Assembly (NCBI GenBank): GCA_965644295.1
Contig: CBFFRP010000422.1
Location: 1-50,264 of the forward strand
Reading direction: 5' to 3'
Origin: Paraphysomonas bandaiensis
Lineage: Eukaryota; Protista; Chrysophyceae
DNA length: 50,264 nt
The position numbers were made by a program, and so were the translations under genes. The notes beneath the pieces are model-generated. The model had not been told where the DNA came from, made no database searches, and saw only the letters and a program-made list of their open reading frames with translations. Positions within the stretch are counted from its first letter, which is position 1, and each line of letters opens with the position of its first letter. Of this stretch, positions 47,874 to 50,264 are shown piece after piece.

Positions 47874-50264
47874 ATGGGACTCCGACTCTCCACATGGAAC
47901 ACAAATGGCAATCCAGCATCACACACAGGTAAAGCCCAAGCTATCATCCGACACTTTAAGCGGCAAAAATTGGACGTGCTCCTATTACAGGATGTCCGTC
48001 TAACAGAAACTCAGGCCAACTTCTTCACGCGTATCATCGAAGATGCACTCCAGGGAACAAGAATATGCCTCTTCCTCAGCAAGCAGCCAAAACTGACTTC
48101 AAGAGACCCACTAATGGGGGGTACAGTAGTCATAATCAGCGAATACTGGAAGCGCCGTCTCGCCTTCACAAGGGCTGACTTTACGGGACTTGGTTTAGTG
48201 AGCCGACTAGAGTTCAAAACGTCGGTGGCGCACACCCTAGTACTAATAAGCGTCTATCTCACTCCCCGAAGCCATCCACGCCGGGCACTTGCACATTATG
48301 GAGCAAATTGACCAAGCTGAGGGAGAGCGTCCCGTGGTATCTGTACTGCTGACCCCTACAAGCTCCTATGCGACATCCTTACGAAATGGGTCACTAAGGC
48401 CAGAGCCAAGGACCATACTGTCATTGTCGCCGGCTGACTTCAATGGCTCCATGGAGACAAATCACTAAGGCAGAGACATACGACCACTTGCCGACAAACT
48501 CCAACTGGCTGCACCACTCCATGAGCTTCTCCTACCCAGGAAAACATATCATACCTTCCACAGATTAGACAAAGGAATATCGCGGATTGATCATATCTCT
48601 ACACACGCCGTTACCTCCGAACATGTCTGTTACGGACACTGGCTGCCTTGACTCCCCCCTCATTACTCGCAGCCAGCCTTCGATCATCGACCGGTCTGGG
48701 TCGGTTTCACCGTACCAGTCAATCTCGACCCTCGACCACCTGAGTCGCACCTCCGAATCCCCCCCCGTCTCAATGTAAACCCGAAGGACTCAAGGAAGTA
48801 CCATACACCGCAAGACTCCTCCAACTTCATGCACAACTATCACATTTAGACAACGGATCGACTACCATACTCCCTCCTGAGGTGGCAGCCAACAGACTAG
48901 CGGCCATCCATCACATAACCCTCCAGGCTTCGCTTGAGGCGAAGCGTCCTGCATGTACACATAGCACACGCCTACACGAACGTTGTCAGCGCACACGCTC
49001 AAAGTTCAAGAATGGCTTTTCCCCGGAAATGAGAGTAATACAGGAAGGAATGCTCATGGTTTTGCGGATTATCCAAAAGATGTTCGGTTCTGCCGGATAC
49101 AAACGGCATGGATATGGCGCGGCCCCCCCGGCAAGCCACCCCCCCCCACCCACGAAATCATCACTGCATGGTTCGCCCGATGGGACTCACTATCTCAGGA
49201 GTTCTCAGGGTCACATCAAAGGCATATCGGACATCTGCTTCTGGTGCAGCCACCGCAACGCCGGGCCCACGAGTAATCCTGGGTTGGAACGCAAAGCAAG
49301 CCACCGAGCAAAACCTTCTCCGAATCTGCCTCGCGACTGACGAGGAGACCCCTTCATGGACATTGAGCGCAGGACAGAAATGCGGCGGACTGAGACTCGC
49401 TATCAGCACCAAGCTGATGTGGATAGGCACTAAGCACAGTGCAGAAAAGAGAACTTCCAGCAATTCTTCCAGAAAATTGGTCCCTAGTTGTCAAAACACC
49501 ACTCCGACTCACCACGGTGAAAACGAACTGACCGGGCACATCCTCCACAACGCCGCAAGACGATTCGTGAAGGCATTAATGCGCATCGTGCGTGAACGAT
49601 CATGCCAAACCTCCTGGACTTCGACCTCCGACGGCACAGACAGACTCCAGGATGAACCCTACATGGTGGAAACCACTTCTGAGATCCGGGCTCAGCTGAG
49701 CATGCCGAGACCACTCCACCCCTTGTCTCTGAAAATTCCTCTCTCCCCTGCCAACCGGGGTTCACGAACGGGCCCTTTGTACCAAGACCACCTCGGCCAT
49801 GGCAGCCACACTCAAATCTACTCTTGCAAAAGACATCACCCAGGATGAATTCTACTGCACACTTCACTCTCTCTCCTTCAACCGCGCGCCTGGACCCTCA
49901 ATGGTCTCCTCCAACATGGTCAAATCCTGGCCACCGGTAGTTCAGCGAGAGGCTTACATCCTCACCAGATCTCTCTGGAAACATAAACATGTGCCCATTT
50001 GGTGGAGAGACAGGGTAATGTCTCCCATTCTCAAGAAACCAGGAGAATCCTCCTCACTAATCTCCGACCGATTGGTCTGCTTGAAGTCAGTAGGAAAATA
50101 TTAACAAGGATAATCACTCATAGAATTCTTACCGTATGGGAGGAACAGAAAGTTTTGCATCCGTCCCAGCATGGTTATCGCTGGAGGAACGGGACGGACA
50201 CAGCGATACTAGCGGGTACTCGCGGCTGCAGAAGAAGCACGACGAAAAGGCGACCAGCATATAT
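47874..50264 (+). pseudogene. LINE pol: AP endonuclease + N-terminal part of reverse transcriptase, frameshifted
   Basis: LRLSTWNTNG, LDVLLLQDVRL, LISVYL, VIVAG/DFN (extra T at 48435), TFHR..SRIDHI, FDHRPVW; then ITQDEF..NRAPGPS..PILKKPG, LRPIGLLEVSRKILTRII, SQHGYR. Several frame changes. Confidence 0.9.

Larger units (their letters stand above)
41145..50264 (+). mobile_element. Large three-ORF non-LTR retrotransposon (APE-type LINE), cut by window end
   Basis: Intronless, uniformly C/A-rich sense strand carrying ORF1, ORF2 (OTU-like + SET) and APE-RT in tandem, with 48- and 132-nt spacers. The 5' boundary and TSD are not identified. Confidence 0.85.

Overview
Eukaryotic nuclear DNA with compact genes and short GT-AG introns. 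It probably comes from a flagellated protist, most likely a stramenopile (inferred from DNAAF4, the GARP-MYB type and an RHL1 homolog). Nine host genes are supported: GARP/SHAQKYF-class MYB, ankyrin protein, SPFH/stomatin, DNAAF4, RHL1-like, PH-like protein, TRM7/FTSJ1, ataxin-3 and a large Nup188-like nucleoporin with EF-hands. Eight of them form head-to-head pairs, and long (TACA)n arrays lie just upstream of several start codons. The gaps between gene blocks hold mobile DNA: an intact, very recent Ty1/Copia element with TA...CA LTR termini nested in a hAT MITE, a solo LTR of the same family, and the end of a second Copia. Two items stand out. (1) A giant three-ORF non-LTR retrotransposon (41.1 kb to window end) whose extra ORF encodes OTU-like cysteine protease modules plus a SET lysine-methyltransferase domain, punctuated by a repeated FSxDNSGDGP motif that may mark polyprotein processing. 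(2) A family of ~500 bp non-coding retroposons with variable 9-12 bp TSDs whose 5' ~88 nt fold into an HDV-like ribozyme resembling the trypanosomatid L1Tc/ingi signature. All calls are by eye, with no database searches, and exon boundaries are approximate.
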